From Octopus vulgaris (lineage: Eukaryota): a stretch of 64,000 bases of DNA. The number at the start of each line of letters is the position of its first letter. Position 1 is the stretch's first letter. Position numbers and translations under genes: made by a program. The DNA lies in assembly GCA_951406725.2 (NCBI GenBank), contig OX597818.1:109430001-109494000 (forward strand). Reading direction: 5' to 3'. The notes beneath the pieces are model-generated. The model was not told the DNA's origin, searched no databases, and worked only from the letters and a program-made list of their open reading frames with translations. This document shows positions 26,076 to 39,599 of this stretch, in pieces.

Positions 26076-28867
26076 TTCCTCTTTGTCTAATGGCCATTTT
26101 TCTAAACTAGTAGAGGGACAGATCTACTGAACAGCATAATTTTTCCACATATCTTATGTGGCTATTGTCTTTTTCTGGTTCAATTCAGGTTACAAATACT
26201 TGTATTGTTTGAAATTTGATTATTGTATGCTCTTCTTGACACTAAACCAAAACATGGATTTTGAAGTATTTCTTTCAATTTAAACTTTGTCTTATGGAGC
26301 AATTTCCTTTCGTGTAATTTTATAAATTCTTCAGGGGTGTTAAATTAAGATGATCTAAGAGAAATTTAATCAGCAGAACCATTCATCATCATCATCATCA
26401 TTTAACACCTGTTAATCCAACCCATCTGGTATGGGTTGGACTAAACGAACTTTTTACTAGCAAGTGTTAATTTTAACTTGTACGATTAGCTCTGCACCAA
26501 CCTCTCCGCCTACTTTCATCTACATCTATATTTTATCGTCTCTTCTGTGAACTCTCATTCTATAAAACCTGATTAAACTCACTTATTAAACATGGCTATC
26601 ATCTACAGTTATATCATTGCACGGAAAAGAATGTACACTGTATAATGGTAAACAAATAATGAAATACTTCAGGTTGCTATACATTTTTTCTCATTCACAA
26701 TTTTCTTCTTAATTTTGTAGCCAAACTTCATAAGATGATAGTATCTAGTAAAGAAGGTACTGCTGCTGACAAAATAAACATTGTATCTAAAACAATATTA
26801 ATCAAAATTAGAAAAATTAAAGCATAATATTCAGATGTTAGCAGAAATTAGTCCACTGTGCAAGCAACAATTAAAGAATCAATCCAATGGCTATGGGCTT
26901 AAAATTTACAGTTAGACAACCTTTTCTTTAAGTAACATAATCTTTGATTTCTAATTGATGGTGGTCAGATGTTAAATCAAGCTGTCGCATGTCAGTATTA
27001 TTACTGATGTTTCTTAGATACTCTTTTAAATCAAATAAGAAACAGAAATCCATGTTTGCTAAAAGCCTGCAAGAGCTTAAGGAACGGTAAGACAGAGTTG
27101 AGTCAAAATGAATGTAACATCAAACAACTAAACATCAACTTGGCTTTGCACATATAAAAGCTGTGGCTCTTAGTTTTTGTTAAATATAATTTGATTTTAT
27201 TGTTAGGACATAAAGCATCCCTGGAAAAAGATTACACAGTGAAAAGAAATGTATGCAGCATGCAAATGGGCCATGTGAAATTATTTATATAAATAAAGAT
27301 TCAATCTATATATTGACATAAAGATTAAAGCTATGTTTAATGTGATGCAGTTCTCTTTAAAAGCTTCCCTTTAAACATTCTCATCCAACACATTCTAAAT
27401 TTACAATTATAACTGACCATACATACAAAACTTTCCAGTCATAAGATATTGATCTTATAACCAATCTTTAAGGTGATCCTACAGTCATCCAAATACAGTA
27501 ACTCATGCAAACTTAAAATCAGCTTATTATTTATTCAAAAAAAAAAAGAATATTAAATGGGGTATGCAGTAGATAAAGAAAGAAGCTTTAGTGTTTTACA
27601 GATATCAAAGGTCCATTAATCTAAAATGTTTTGGAGTAATGCAACTCTCGAACAAACTTTAAATAAATCTATATTTCAGAAAGAGAGAGCTTCATTGATT
27701 AAATCTCTACAAACTTGACTGAAGTGGAGTATATTCTAGGGTACTACCTATAAGTTATTCTGAAACATTCAATCTTTTACCTTCATACCATAGGTCTGCT
27801 TGAACAGAGCTACTCAACAACAACATTAGAAAAGAAAAAATTGTAATAAACTACATAAAATGAAGTATATGAAGAACGAAGAAGCATAAGTATTAGAGAG
27901 AGATGACTGTCATTGTTTGAAATGCTATAGGTTGCTTCCTGCTGGAAACAGAGCAAATGAATGTAGAGATTAACCAAGAAAGACTTGAGATGAAGTAGAT
28001 AGTTCAGATTATCAGGTAGCTAGAGCAAATTTAGAAAGGACTGCTCCTAGCAAATGGAGAAAGAAAACAAAGACTTAAAACACAGTAGATGGGAAAGTGT
28101 ATGTATATAGGTATGTATGCATGTGTATGTAAGTATATATAAAGTTCCAATCTAACAGATAAAACGGCAGGATAGATACGAGAGGAAATGTACTGGTGTG
28201 CTGATATGCTCAATATATGTTATCAAAAAAAAAAAAGACAAAAAAAAAGAAAATGACATTAAACCAATATTGATAATGAAGACAAAGTACCTCCCAAGGA
28301 TTAACACAAAGTGCAATCAAAGTAAGGATACATAATTCAGGAAAGTGGAACTACACCTTTCAACTTTGGCAATGAGATCAATGTAGCAGACCACCAACCA
28401 CAGAGTAACAAGATCAAACCTTACAACAATAGCCATCATGTTGTGTCCCTGAATAAAGCAACTAATGTTGCTTATATCAGTCTGTTTCACTGACAAACAG
28501 GTTCTGCTGTTAGAACACTATAGAGTGGTAGAATGGATAGTGGTAGGAACAGACTCGAGCACTAAAAATAATTGTTCCAAATAACATGCGATTGTACGAA
28601 CTCTTAAAAATTAGTGTAAAACATTTAGAAAAAAAATTTAAGGTAAAAGGCCTTATAAAAGTAGTCATGTACTTTGGAATTTAGAAAGAAAATCAATGAA
28701 TAATATATGTAGAAAAAATGTTGCATGGGTTAAGTTAAAAATTAAATTTCAGAACATTGGGCATACACAGATAAAATATTGTGGACAAAGGAAAAAGCTG
28801 GATTTCACATCTTTTCAATGAATGCTAGCTTGGGAAAGTAATATGTACACAAGTGTAAAGGAGACAG

Positions 28868-28916
<49 letters not shown>

Positions 28917-29193
28917 CATATAGTGCACATTCTCTATCTCCTCTTACTGTTTCCCACAAATACATTCTGAAGAGAACAAAAGATACATATACAAGAGTGT
29001 GTGTGAGTGTGTACATATACTAGCAATGTGTGTGTTATCTCAGACTCATTTTCACACACACACACACACACACACTTTGTCTAATACATACAGCCACACA
29101 AAGAAACACAAGTTGATGCAGTGTGTGTGTGTGTGTGCATATATACGTATACATATAGCATGGAAGGTGGACGTTAAACGATGATGATGTGTA

Positions 29194-29242
<49 letters not shown>

Positions 29243-29713
29243 GCATACATACATATATATCAGAAAGCGCCAGACAGAGATGTATCTGAAATAGAGGGCG
29301 TAAAGCTGTAAAAACATAGGACTCATGAAAAATAGATAAATATCACTGGTAAAGCTGTAATGAGAACGCTGGACACCAAAATATAAAATTGTTATAAGCA
29401 GAGACAAATCAATAACTCTCCAGAACAACAAAAAAAAATAAGTGTAACATTAATGAGTATATTCACATCTACGTACACATATAAATTCATATGACACACA
29501 AGTATGCTCATTGTGTTTGTGTGTATCAAGTGTATAATGCATCATCTATATATTTATACACACATACATACATAATAAATGAAAACAAAATGTTAAAAAT
29601 GGTTGCACAATTGTTTTTTTACATTTCTGTTTTAGTATTTACTTTTTATTTTTTTACCTCTAAAATAAGTGTGATATAAAGAACACACACACACACACAC
29701 ACACACGCGCACG

Positions 29714-29748
<35 letters not shown>

Positions 29749-30364
29749 TTATATTTTATTATCTTCAGCCATTTCTCAGTGACATACATGCAGAATGTAG
29801 TTGCCAGATTACAACTAGCAGAAAATGTTGCATTTCGATAAGTGTGCTTTCTGGTTGCAGCAGCAAAGCCTGACAATAATTGTGTGCTATCAATCTCCAT
29901 AGAATGTGTAAAATCTAAATGAGTTAGGCCTTAATAAATGTCACAGGGATGTAATTGTCAGGGGAACTGTTGGCAAAACAGTCTGTCTCAATATGACAGA
30001 CAATTAGACACAGACAGAGGTTTCATACACATTACTTGTGTAACACAGACACCTATTCATAAACATTTGCAAACTCCCAGCCATCAACTCACATGCATAA
30101 AACAGTGCATGCACACATGCAAATATGTATGCACACTCACACATATACACACATGTTTATGTGTGAATGCATGCACATGTGTACACATATTCCCAAATAT
30201 ATACCCATCCACACGAACAAGCATACTCATGTTCAAGTGAGTGGATAGACACATTTATGCTTTTACACACATATAAAGCACAACATACACCTCCAGAGAA
30301 ACAAAAATACTGCCAGACTTCCATTACACTTCCATCTGCACAGCTTTGTGTGTACACATTCAGC

Positions 30365-30395
<31 letters not shown>

Positions 30396-31254
30396 TGTGT
30401 GTGTGCATGCGTGCGCGTTTGTGTGTGCCAGCATGGAGGGCGGATGTTAAATGATGATGATATCCCAGTATGCATACAAATATACTCACAACAATAGACA
30501 AACACACCATATATATATAACTGCATGCATACAGACATATAAATATAGGGTACAGGGCATACATACATACATAGTGTACAGACACATCACACCATGTCCA
30601 AATGAAAGTATATTAACTAGCAAACCAACGCATGGCTGTGTGAGGTGGTAGATATATTTTTTATCAGTGTTTAATCTATGTAGCACAATATGTGGAAGAC
30701 ACTAGAAGACTGCCTGAACAGATAATATAAAAAAATTGCAGACACTGAAAAAGAACAAGGAAATTGGACATCAAAAGTAGACACCAAAAAAGAATACTAT
30801 TGGTTTTCGGAGAAAACCGCAAAAACAGAATTGAATAAAGGAAAACATAAGCAAGATAAAAGACAAGGTACACTGAATGAGAAGAGTATATGTTATGTGA
30901 GAAATGTTAAAAGAATACCAAAAGCAGACACCAAAATAAATAACTGAATATGGGCACAGAAGTAAAGAATGTCTAAAGTGAATGATACCAAAGTAGAGAA
31001 TGGCAAAAAGAAGATTACAAGTGATCATCCATATAGAGAAAAGGTCAAAAGAAATAAAAACAATGTTACAAGTGGACACAAAAAAAAAGATTCCTAGAAG
31101 TGGACACTGAAAGTGAACAAGGTCAATAGAAGATGACGTTAATGAGGAGATCAAAATTATATTGGGCTGAAAGTAGACATGAAAATACATAATACTAAAA
31201 AAGAGGACACCAATATATATAACATTCAAGTGGACACCAAAATATATAAAGGAC

Positions 31255-31595
31255 ATCATCATTATCATCATTGTTTAACGTCTGCTTTTCATGCTGGCAT
31301 GGGTTGGACGGTTTAACAGGAGCTGACAAGCTGGAGACCTGCAGGGCTCCAATTCTCTGTTTTGGTGTGGTTTGTGTGGCTGGATGCCCTTCCTAATTCC
31401 AACCACTTCACAGATTGTACTTGATGCTTTTTGAGTGCCATCAGCATGGGTACCTTATACATGGCACCAGCACAGGTGCTTTGCATGTGGCACCAGAATG
31501 GTCACTTTTTTTTTTTTTTGCATGGCACCAGCACGGTTGCTTTCAACATGGCACCAGCACCAGGTGCTTTTTACATGGCACCAGCATGGGGCACT
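31255..31595 (-). mobile_element. RTE LINE 3' UTR fragment
   Basis: Family terminus plus about 6 tggcaccagca units. Confidence 0.8.
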
Positions 31596-32944
31596 AAACC
31601 ATATAAAGTTGAAAGTGGGTACCAATATTTATATAATGCTGAAAGTCACCATCAATAAAAGTATACACTGTGAATGTATGACTGCTAACAGAAATAAGCT
31701 GATAATATAGTCCAGGACACCTATTTCACTTTCAACTACTTGAGATGATGTTGAAGTGAAAAACCAGCTTCAAAACAATCACTCTATTCTACTTTAGGCT
31801 ACTAAAAATTATTTACACTTTCTATTATTGCTTTCTTTATTTTAGTTTACTCTTTTTGATGCTATTTATATATTTTTGTTACATGTAAATTGTCTTTACT
31901 ATTGTAGTAACAGGTTTTCTTTGAGTTGCTGCCTTTGTAATTTTCTCACTATTAATTTGTTTTTGTCTTTTTCTCCTGAAATTTAAGTTTAACCAACTTG
32001 TTTAATAATTTGAAACTCATTATCTTGTTATCTAAATTATTCTTTACACTTAGCCAATCAACAAAGGACAAACACAACTTTAAGAGTTAACACAAAAAAA
32101 CACCACTAGCATGCCTAGCTAATAAGCAGGCCGATTAACAGAAACATAAATTCGCCGAGAGCACAACATAGCATCTAAATGAAACTAAAATTGAAAACCA
32201 GTCATAGTTACCATATTTATTTGTAATTCTGTTTTGTTTGTTTTTTCCAGATTTTTAAACTTAGAAATTAGGCATGTGCATTATATATGAGAACTAAATG
32301 CTGTATAATAAACATGAGAGCTAAAACGTCATCCATTTTTTCTTTTCTTTTCTTTTTTCTTGTAAAGATCTAAATTTATACAATTTATGTCCTACAGAAT
32401 TAACTTGTCCTTTTATTTTCTTAATATCATAAATTGTTGAAGAACTTGTATTTTACTCATGCACAATAGCATTCTAGCTTTCACCTCTTTTCAAATACTG
32501 TATTGTTTCAGTTTCTGTATACAATGTGATAGTAACATGCTTTCATTTCAGACCTTTTCTCCAGATCGGTTCCTTTATTAATGCTAAAAGACATTTTCAT
32601 GGATGGAAGATCAAGTTGATACAAGCAGTTAAAAATCACTTAGATATGGTCACTGTTCTTCCCAAATTGATAGAGTGACATTGACAGTTAGTGAGAGCAC
32701 TTTGGGAATAAGAAAACAAAATGTAGCCAAACACGCCAGAAAATGAAGTTTCTTGGACTACTGGATACCAGATTAGTGAAACATTACCGTATGTACCGAA
32801 GACAGTAGTGTGTCACATGAGAGGAAATTCGACTGCCTACTGTTAAGTATAAAAAGTGCTAACGAGAGATGAATCATTACAAAGGGATCTTCTATTAGCA
32901 TGACACCATTTTGGTACATTCAGAATATTAATATACACATCAGG

Positions 32945-33326
32945 GGTGGCTGTGTAGAGAAAAGCTTCCTTCTCAATCATATGGTTCTGGGTTCAGTTTT
33001 ACTGCATGGAACCTTGGCCAAGTGTCTCCTACTATAGCCTCAGGCTGACCAAAGCCTTGCAAATGGACTTAGAGGACAAAAATTGAAAGAGGTCCATTGT
33101 GTGTGTGTGGGAGAGTCTTTGTGTCTGCCCCCCGCCACCACCACTTGACAACCAGTGTTGGTAGGTTTATATCTCTATAACTTAGTGGTTCAGCAAAGGA
33201 GACCAATAGAATAAGTACCAGATCAGGCCTAAAAAGTACTGGGGTTGATTCATTTGACTAAAATTCAGCAAGGTGGTGCTCCAGCATGGCCATAGTCTAA
33301 TGACTGAAACGAGTAAAGGATAAAAG
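32945..33326 (+). mobile_element. tRNA-derived SINE (family A)
   Basis: Head gtggctgtgt..gggttcag; tail ggtggtgctccagcatggcc..agtctaatgactgaaac. Confidence 0.85.
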
Positions 33327-33564
33327 ACCAATTACTGATGATATTTATATTGTTTTATATTTAAGGGGTTCACAATTTGGGTAAAGCCGTTTTTGTTAGC
33401 AAAATAAGTTCAAATATTACTTCCTGCAGAGAGCATTCATTCTGCTTTGAGCAGTGTAGTTTAGAAAGCTCAAAGTAAATTGCAAGACCACAATACAGAC
33501 TGTTTTATAAAATTAAAACATTATTTACATTTGACGGATATTTGTCCTCATCTTGTTTGTTGTT

Positions 33565-33610
33565 AACACAACATTTCGGCTGATATACCCTCCAGCCTTC
33601 ATCAGGTGTC
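33565..33610 (-). ncRNA. Minimal type-I hammerhead ribozyme motif
   Basis: Minus strand: GACAC-CTGATGA-A-GGCTG-gagggtatat-CAGCC-GAAA-TGT-T-GTGTT. Confidence 0.75.
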
Positions 33611-33845
33611 TTGGGGAAATTTTGAACCTGGATTCTCATTCCTAAGGTATTTTTCAATATTATTATTATTATTATTAAGGTCACTGCCTGGAATCAAACT
33701 CGGAATCTTGGGGTTAGTAGCCCCTGCTCTTAACCACAAGATGCCGAGTTCGATTCCAGGCAATGACCTGAATAATAATATTAATAATAATAATAATATC
33801 AAAAAATACCTTATGAATGAGAACCCAGGTTTGAAATTTCCCCAA

Positions 33846-33891
33846 GGCACCTGATGAAGGCTGGAGGGTATATCAGCCGAAATGTTGTGTT
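33846..33891 (+). ncRNA. Minimal type-I hammerhead ribozyme motif
   Basis: GGCAC-CTGATGA-A-GGCTG-gagggtatat-CAGCC-GAAA-TGT-T-GTGTT (stem I GGCAC/GTGTT, stem II GGCTG/CAGCC). Confidence 0.75.
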
Positions 33892-36078
33892 AACAACAAA
33901 CAAGATGAGGACAAATATCCGTCAAATGTAAATAATACTGTTTTACTTGTTTCAGTCATTTGACTGTGTCCATGCTGGAGCACTGCCTTTAGTTGAGCAA
34001 ATCTGAGCTAAGTCTAACTTAATAATACAAAAAAAAAACTTTCCAATTCACTTACAATAAAAGGAAATCTTGACTAAAATATAGATATCTAACCACTAGA
34101 TGGTATCTTACTATCTTTGGAAGTGGCAGGCTTACTGCGAAGGACCATTGTCATTTAAGAATAAGCTTATTTAATAATTTCAGTTGCCAGGTCAATAATA
34201 CAAACAAACTCAGGTTGTCAAAACAAGTTGCTTTACATTATTCTGTAGATAAAAGTGCATGTAAATATATTGTTCTTACAGATAGTTGCCAGAATTCACT
34301 AATTAGATTTTCAGAACTGGTCTATTGAACTTGTTGAAATGATTTTGCCAAAAATATGACATATCATAAATGTATGAGTGTTCATAAGGATGTATGTTTT
34401 GTGTCTGCTAAACTCATGCCAGCATAGAGGGGGAAAAAAAAGAGCCAATAAAAAGAAATATCATATACAATTCTATGTACATATATATATTCATTTGAAT
34501 GTTTATGTATATATATTTGTGTGAGTGTGTACTATAAACCAATATATATTATTGTATACAAACATAAATACATGCATATATGTATTAATGTATCTATACA
34601 TATTTTCATTGACAACACATTATATATGTATTGGTAGTGATGTCTATGAATACATATATATAAGGTGAGCATTTGTGTATCTGTACATACACGAATATAG
34701 TTCAAGTAGATAAAATTACAATGTGTTCATAGAACCTAGCTACCTATCAACTATTGCAAATCTATAAGAATCCATTACGCTAAAACTTCAACCATAAATA
34801 ATCATTCTCTTCTTGTTGACACAAGCATATGATGAAGTGGTAGTTTTGAAGTCAGACACAAGAATTAATTCATCTCCACCAGAATCTCTTGCCAGCCAAG
34901 TTATGTATGTCTTACCAACATTCATATAAACTAGCCATTAAGTCAAAGGACTGGTCATTTTTTTTCTTTCACTCGCTAAGTCAATCATTGTCGACAGCAT
35001 GGTAATTTAAAGTTTGTCAAGTTACATATAACATTTTGGTCACTTAAGGCAAAACTTATTTCACCTTTTTGAAGAAACCTTGATGCTTCTTCACGGCAGC
35101 ACAAAAACATTAACAGCAAAGCTATCATCAAACAAATTAAGATTTAAAAATAAATTAGTTGGTAACACATCATGTTTTTCAGAATCGTATGTCTGCTGAA
35201 AGAATACCGAGATCAATGACAAGAAAAAAAATTTAATCAAGAAGGCATTTCCATTCTACATAGTTGATCACCTAGCTAGAAATAGCAGTAAAATCTTCTT
35301 CAAACCACACCTTACTATCTTAACAAAGGATATGATGGATAATGTAAATCAGGGTACACTATTTCTGAAAAATAAAAAACATGATGGTCATGCTTTACTG
35401 CCTTTGATCATAGGTCCTGATCAATAGAGGGCAACTTGGGGCTAAACAAAAACAATGAAAATAATTATAATAAAGGTGATCACCCAGTTGATAGAGCCAC
35501 ATCAGATAATTATGATATCCAAAATTTGATGCATCTGTTCAGAACTTAAATACTCTTGGGACTGCCTTTACATTTCATTATTCAAAGTCAATAAAATAAA
35601 TACTATTATTATGCGTCAATTCAACCAACTGTAACCCATTATTAGAGAAACGCCTTGTCAAAAGCTCCTCAAATAATAATATTAAGTATTTCTAAGGCAG
35701 AAATTTGAGGGATGGGGTTGGCTGATTAAATCAACTGCTACTTGTTAAATTGATTGTGGAAGGATGAAAGACAAATTGGGCCGTAGCCTGAATTAAATTC
35801 AGAACATAAAGGAGTGTGACTAAATACCACAAGGCCTTTCGTCAGCTGTTCTAGTCTTTCTACAACTCCAACATCTTTAAAATAATAATTAAGAAAGGAT
35901 TATTGTAGGTGAGACTGGTTCCTCCCTCCTTCAAGTGGTATTTAAACTCAGAGATGTATGATAACAGGCTTTGGACTTAGAACATGAGACTAAAATATTA
36001 TATTACATTAAGATAAAATAAATACCATTTGTGTACTGGTGTTGAATCAAACATGTGACTCCATGCCAATATAAGAAG

Positions 36079-36120
<42 letters not shown>

Positions 36121-36273
36121 CTTGCTGCATATTAGATAAGTCCATTTCATATCAAAACAAAAGAAAATAGGTTAAACCAATAAAGTTGATGACTACCTAA
36201 AGTGTAGTATTACATTGAATGTTACAAATGAAAGGAAAAAGACAGATGTTAACAAATATAGCTTTATATAGTA

Positions 36274-38011
36274 GTAGCAGAGATACCTGGCATTGCTCAG
36301 GATTAAAATGGCATAGTTTGTATAGATATTACAGTTATGTTGAAACCCGAGATATGGAAAGTGCAGTGTTGACAACAATTCAACAAAGTGATTTGTCATG
36401 TGTCCATTTGGAGGATTCGGGGTGGGGGGGGGGCCTAACCTGTCATGGAAAATTGGGGTTGTGGGATTTTTGAATGAACCGAAAAGCTGTTAGTGGATAT
36501 ACTCTCCTTTGCGACAGCGCTGCGTCTAACACGACCCATTGTATGGTTAACAATCGAATGAATGTAGGTGTAATGGAGATATTGTACATAAACGGGTACA
36601 TTCCAGAAAGGGGCTGCAATGGGAGACAGCAATAGGGAAGTGAACTGTTGAAATGTTGCAGAAGGAAAAGGGTTGACATTGGATTGTTGGTATAGCTGTA
36701 GAATAAGAAACATAAACTGAGGTTATACAGTAACATGAGAATATGTAGTAATGAATTACTTGACAAAATAAGGCATTAATAGCTTAGCGCCAGGTTGGTG
36801 GGAGTAATTGGAGAATATGTGGTGATACCGAAGTCCATGCAGGAAACTGCTTTGTTGATGCAGTCTTCAGATTTGTTGGCATTTTACCAAAATGGTATCC
36901 ATTTTCACCATTCACAGAGAGAAGTGGATACTAGAGTGCATTGCAGGATGTAGTAATTGCTACAAAACCTCTTGGTAAACAATATTCTTTGTTTTCCCTT
37001 GTGGAACAAATGCAAATAGATTTTTTTTTTACTTCCCACAATAGAGCAGCCAACATATAATTGCCCATGTGAGAAGTACGACTCTTGCAAGTAAAGTCCT
37101 ACCACAGACAGTGTTTGACCCTATGATTTATTGATAGACATTGCAAAGCTGATACAAACAGGAAATTGTACTCTTCTGAATGAAAAAGGAATTTCTACAC
37201 CTGATGGACTAAGAGGAATCCTGAGTATGAAAACATCCTCACCATTTCCACATCCAGAGAGAATGGTGGCCTCAATAACATGTGGCATCATCTTTACCAC
37301 CAGGCATATCCATTGCAGAGTTGATGGAACCAAATTCTTCAATAACATTACTGGAGTTCCAATGAATTGAGAAATTCTGTTGGATAATTTACCACCTCTT
37401 GAGGATCTGGGATTGCATCAACTGACTTATAGATGTGAGGGTTTCCAGGAAGGTACTGCACCAGCTGCTCATTAATTTTACTTACAGTGCTGTTTTTTGG
37501 AGCCAGTATTGCTCTTTCACACAACCAATTGAGACTGCGATAATTTTTCCATTAATGGAGGATTTCCTCTTTGGATTCATTATGTCAAGAAATATGATGT
37601 AATAAAATGACAATTGTACATTAATAATAAAATGTCAATACAAACAGGTAAATAATATCAATATTTTAGCAAATTTTAAGAAATACATACAATGAACTGA
37701 GATGACACTGTTATGTTAATAATTAAACGTCAATAAAAAACATTAATATAAATATTTAAAAAAGGTGAAAAACATTCAGAGGATTAATCACGTTAGATGT
37801 AAGGGGGTTACCTCCCTTCTCCACATAACCCAGGAAAGGATGTTTTCTGCTCCCAGAGAGCCCGTTACTCATTATGTGAAAAATTTTGAGAGTCTAAAAC
37901 CATCTGGAATATATGTAATGTATGTTCCAAGTTTGGAGAAAATCAGTTGTGAACTTCAGAAGTTATGCAGATTTACACACACACACACAACCTGACTTTT
38001 ATATATATAGA
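36274..38011 (-). mobile_element. Internally deleted, non-autonomous Helitron with both termini
   Basis: The minus strand begins A|TCTATATATATAAAAG at 38011 and ends CCTGAGCAATGCCAGGTATCTCTG-CTAC|T at 36274, matching the first Helitron's 3' end. It contains a frameshifted helicase remnant. Confidence 0.82.
36955..37545 (-). pseudogene. Helitron PIF1 helicase C-terminal remnant
   Basis: WLCERAILAPKN..., MPHVIEATILSGCGNGEDVFILRIPL, QFPVCISFAMSINKS and FSHGQLYVGCS lie in different frames. Confidence 0.9.
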
Positions 38012-39221
38012 TAAAATTTAATACAGCTAAGTTTAATGTTAATAAACACATTTTGGATTTTATCACCAGATTAATGCATATAGAGACACATAACAAATTT
38101 CAGCTTGCAGCAATGGATTCATAAACAAGATAGCTTTACCAAATGCAATCCAAAATTTCAAGAGCTGACTTTTAATTGCAAATATCACCAATACATATTT
38201 CATGAAAGATCAGTTGAATAAGGATTTATATGGACATTTTGTCTACCTTTCCTCTTAAAATATGACTAATCAAAACACTATTCAAACAGTACAAGAAAAG
38301 AACTCTAACAGAAAGAGCTAGGTCTGAGAAATTTTTGCACAAACATTATCAAATGCCATGAATAAGCAACTTCATTTTAAAGTTAGCATAAATTTTCTCC
38401 TGTTCAATAAGCATAAATTCAGGCAGATGCAAATATGCACACACACACACATAACATACATATACATACACAGCACTCATACCTGATGATGGATAATAAA
38501 ATTTAATAAAAGACTTACAATGTAGGCAATTTAACCCACACTATAACTGTTCCTACAGTGATTCGTAATCAATAGCAATTTAGACTCTTCAGAGAGAACG
38601 AAAGTATAGGTTTTTAGTTCACTGTTGCCCTCTGACCTCATCCTTCCACCCACTACCCTATTCTCAGTCTATTCCCCATCAATCAACAACACTCCATGCT
38701 ACCACCCAAGTTAATCAAAGACAATTGAGTGAATCAATATATTTGTAGCTACAAGGGATAGTGAAGACATTTAATACAAGAACACACTTCCTGGCTATGC
38801 TCTTATGTATAATAAGTTTAATTAAATCGAAATCAGTCTGTTTGGCATAAGAGTTGATATTTCACAATATTTTGGCACCAGTAAAGTTACTTAAGCACTG
38901 TAAAGCATCTCTAAAGAAAACATTTAAGGAACAGATGAGAACTTGGACACACGGACATCTCAAGTTATCCCAAGTAATCAAGCACATCTAATGCTATGCA
39001 GATGGACAGGGACTTGCCAATACAGTATATAAGCTATTATATCAGTATTTTACCTTGAGACTTGCATTTAAGAATCAACCCCACTTTAGATACACCAAGA
39101 AAATATGTAAAAGAAAAAAAATAAATACCAATTCTAAAACTTGGAGACATTATATAAAGAATCTTTGGTGGTGATATTACACTCCAGACAATTAAGTCAT
39201 AGTGAAATTGTAACCAACAAG

Positions 39222-39398
39222 TTACTACTACTACCACCACAACCATCACTACGAATACTATTACAACCACTACTACTACTACTGCTACTAATAGAACCAC
39301 TACTACTACCACTACAACTACCACCACAACTACTACTACTACCGCTACTTCTATGAATACTACTACTACCACTACTACTGCTGCTGCCACTACTACTA
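39222..39398. repeat. (CTA/CCA)n degenerate trinucleotide repeat
   Basis: Directly visible; source of the poly-V/poly-S ORFs. Confidence 0.9.
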
Positions 39399-39599
39399 CA
39401 CATGTGCATATTAAAAACAGGTGCTAATTCTCATTCTATGTTGTTAATTCTCTCAAGATTCAGATTCCTCTCAATAACAAGGTTTAACATTTTAAGTAAT
39501 CCTAATCTAAGAAATTGAAGATTATGATATATTGGAACTGCACGAATAACTTTTGAGAAGAAAGGGAAAACAAAATAAAACAGCGAGAGAAAGTATACC

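Larger units (their letters stand above)
33508..33936. mobile_element. Fold-back element: tRNA-like head plus hammerhead in each arm, 9-bp TSD
   Basis: Arms 33520-33710 and 33737-33936 are near-perfect reverse complements. ACTGTTTTA occurs at 33499-33507 and 33937-33945. B-box GAGTTCGATTCC at about 33746-33757. Confidence 0.9.

Noticed and set aside
29785-29915. Minus-strand exon candidate (FTHSMEIDSTQLLSGF...)
   Set aside because: Weak pyrimidine tract and no kinase similarity.
33679-33768. Functional tRNA gene
   Set aside because: The 5' acceptor strand is missing and the T-stem is imperfect; treated as a SINE-type head.
33602-33854. Mirror-image 82-aa ORFs on both strands
   Set aside because: By-product of the palindrome and its (TAT)n tract.
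39037-39409. Poly-Val/Ser/Leu ORFs (also 59614-59943)
   Set aside because: Translations of trinucleotide repeats.
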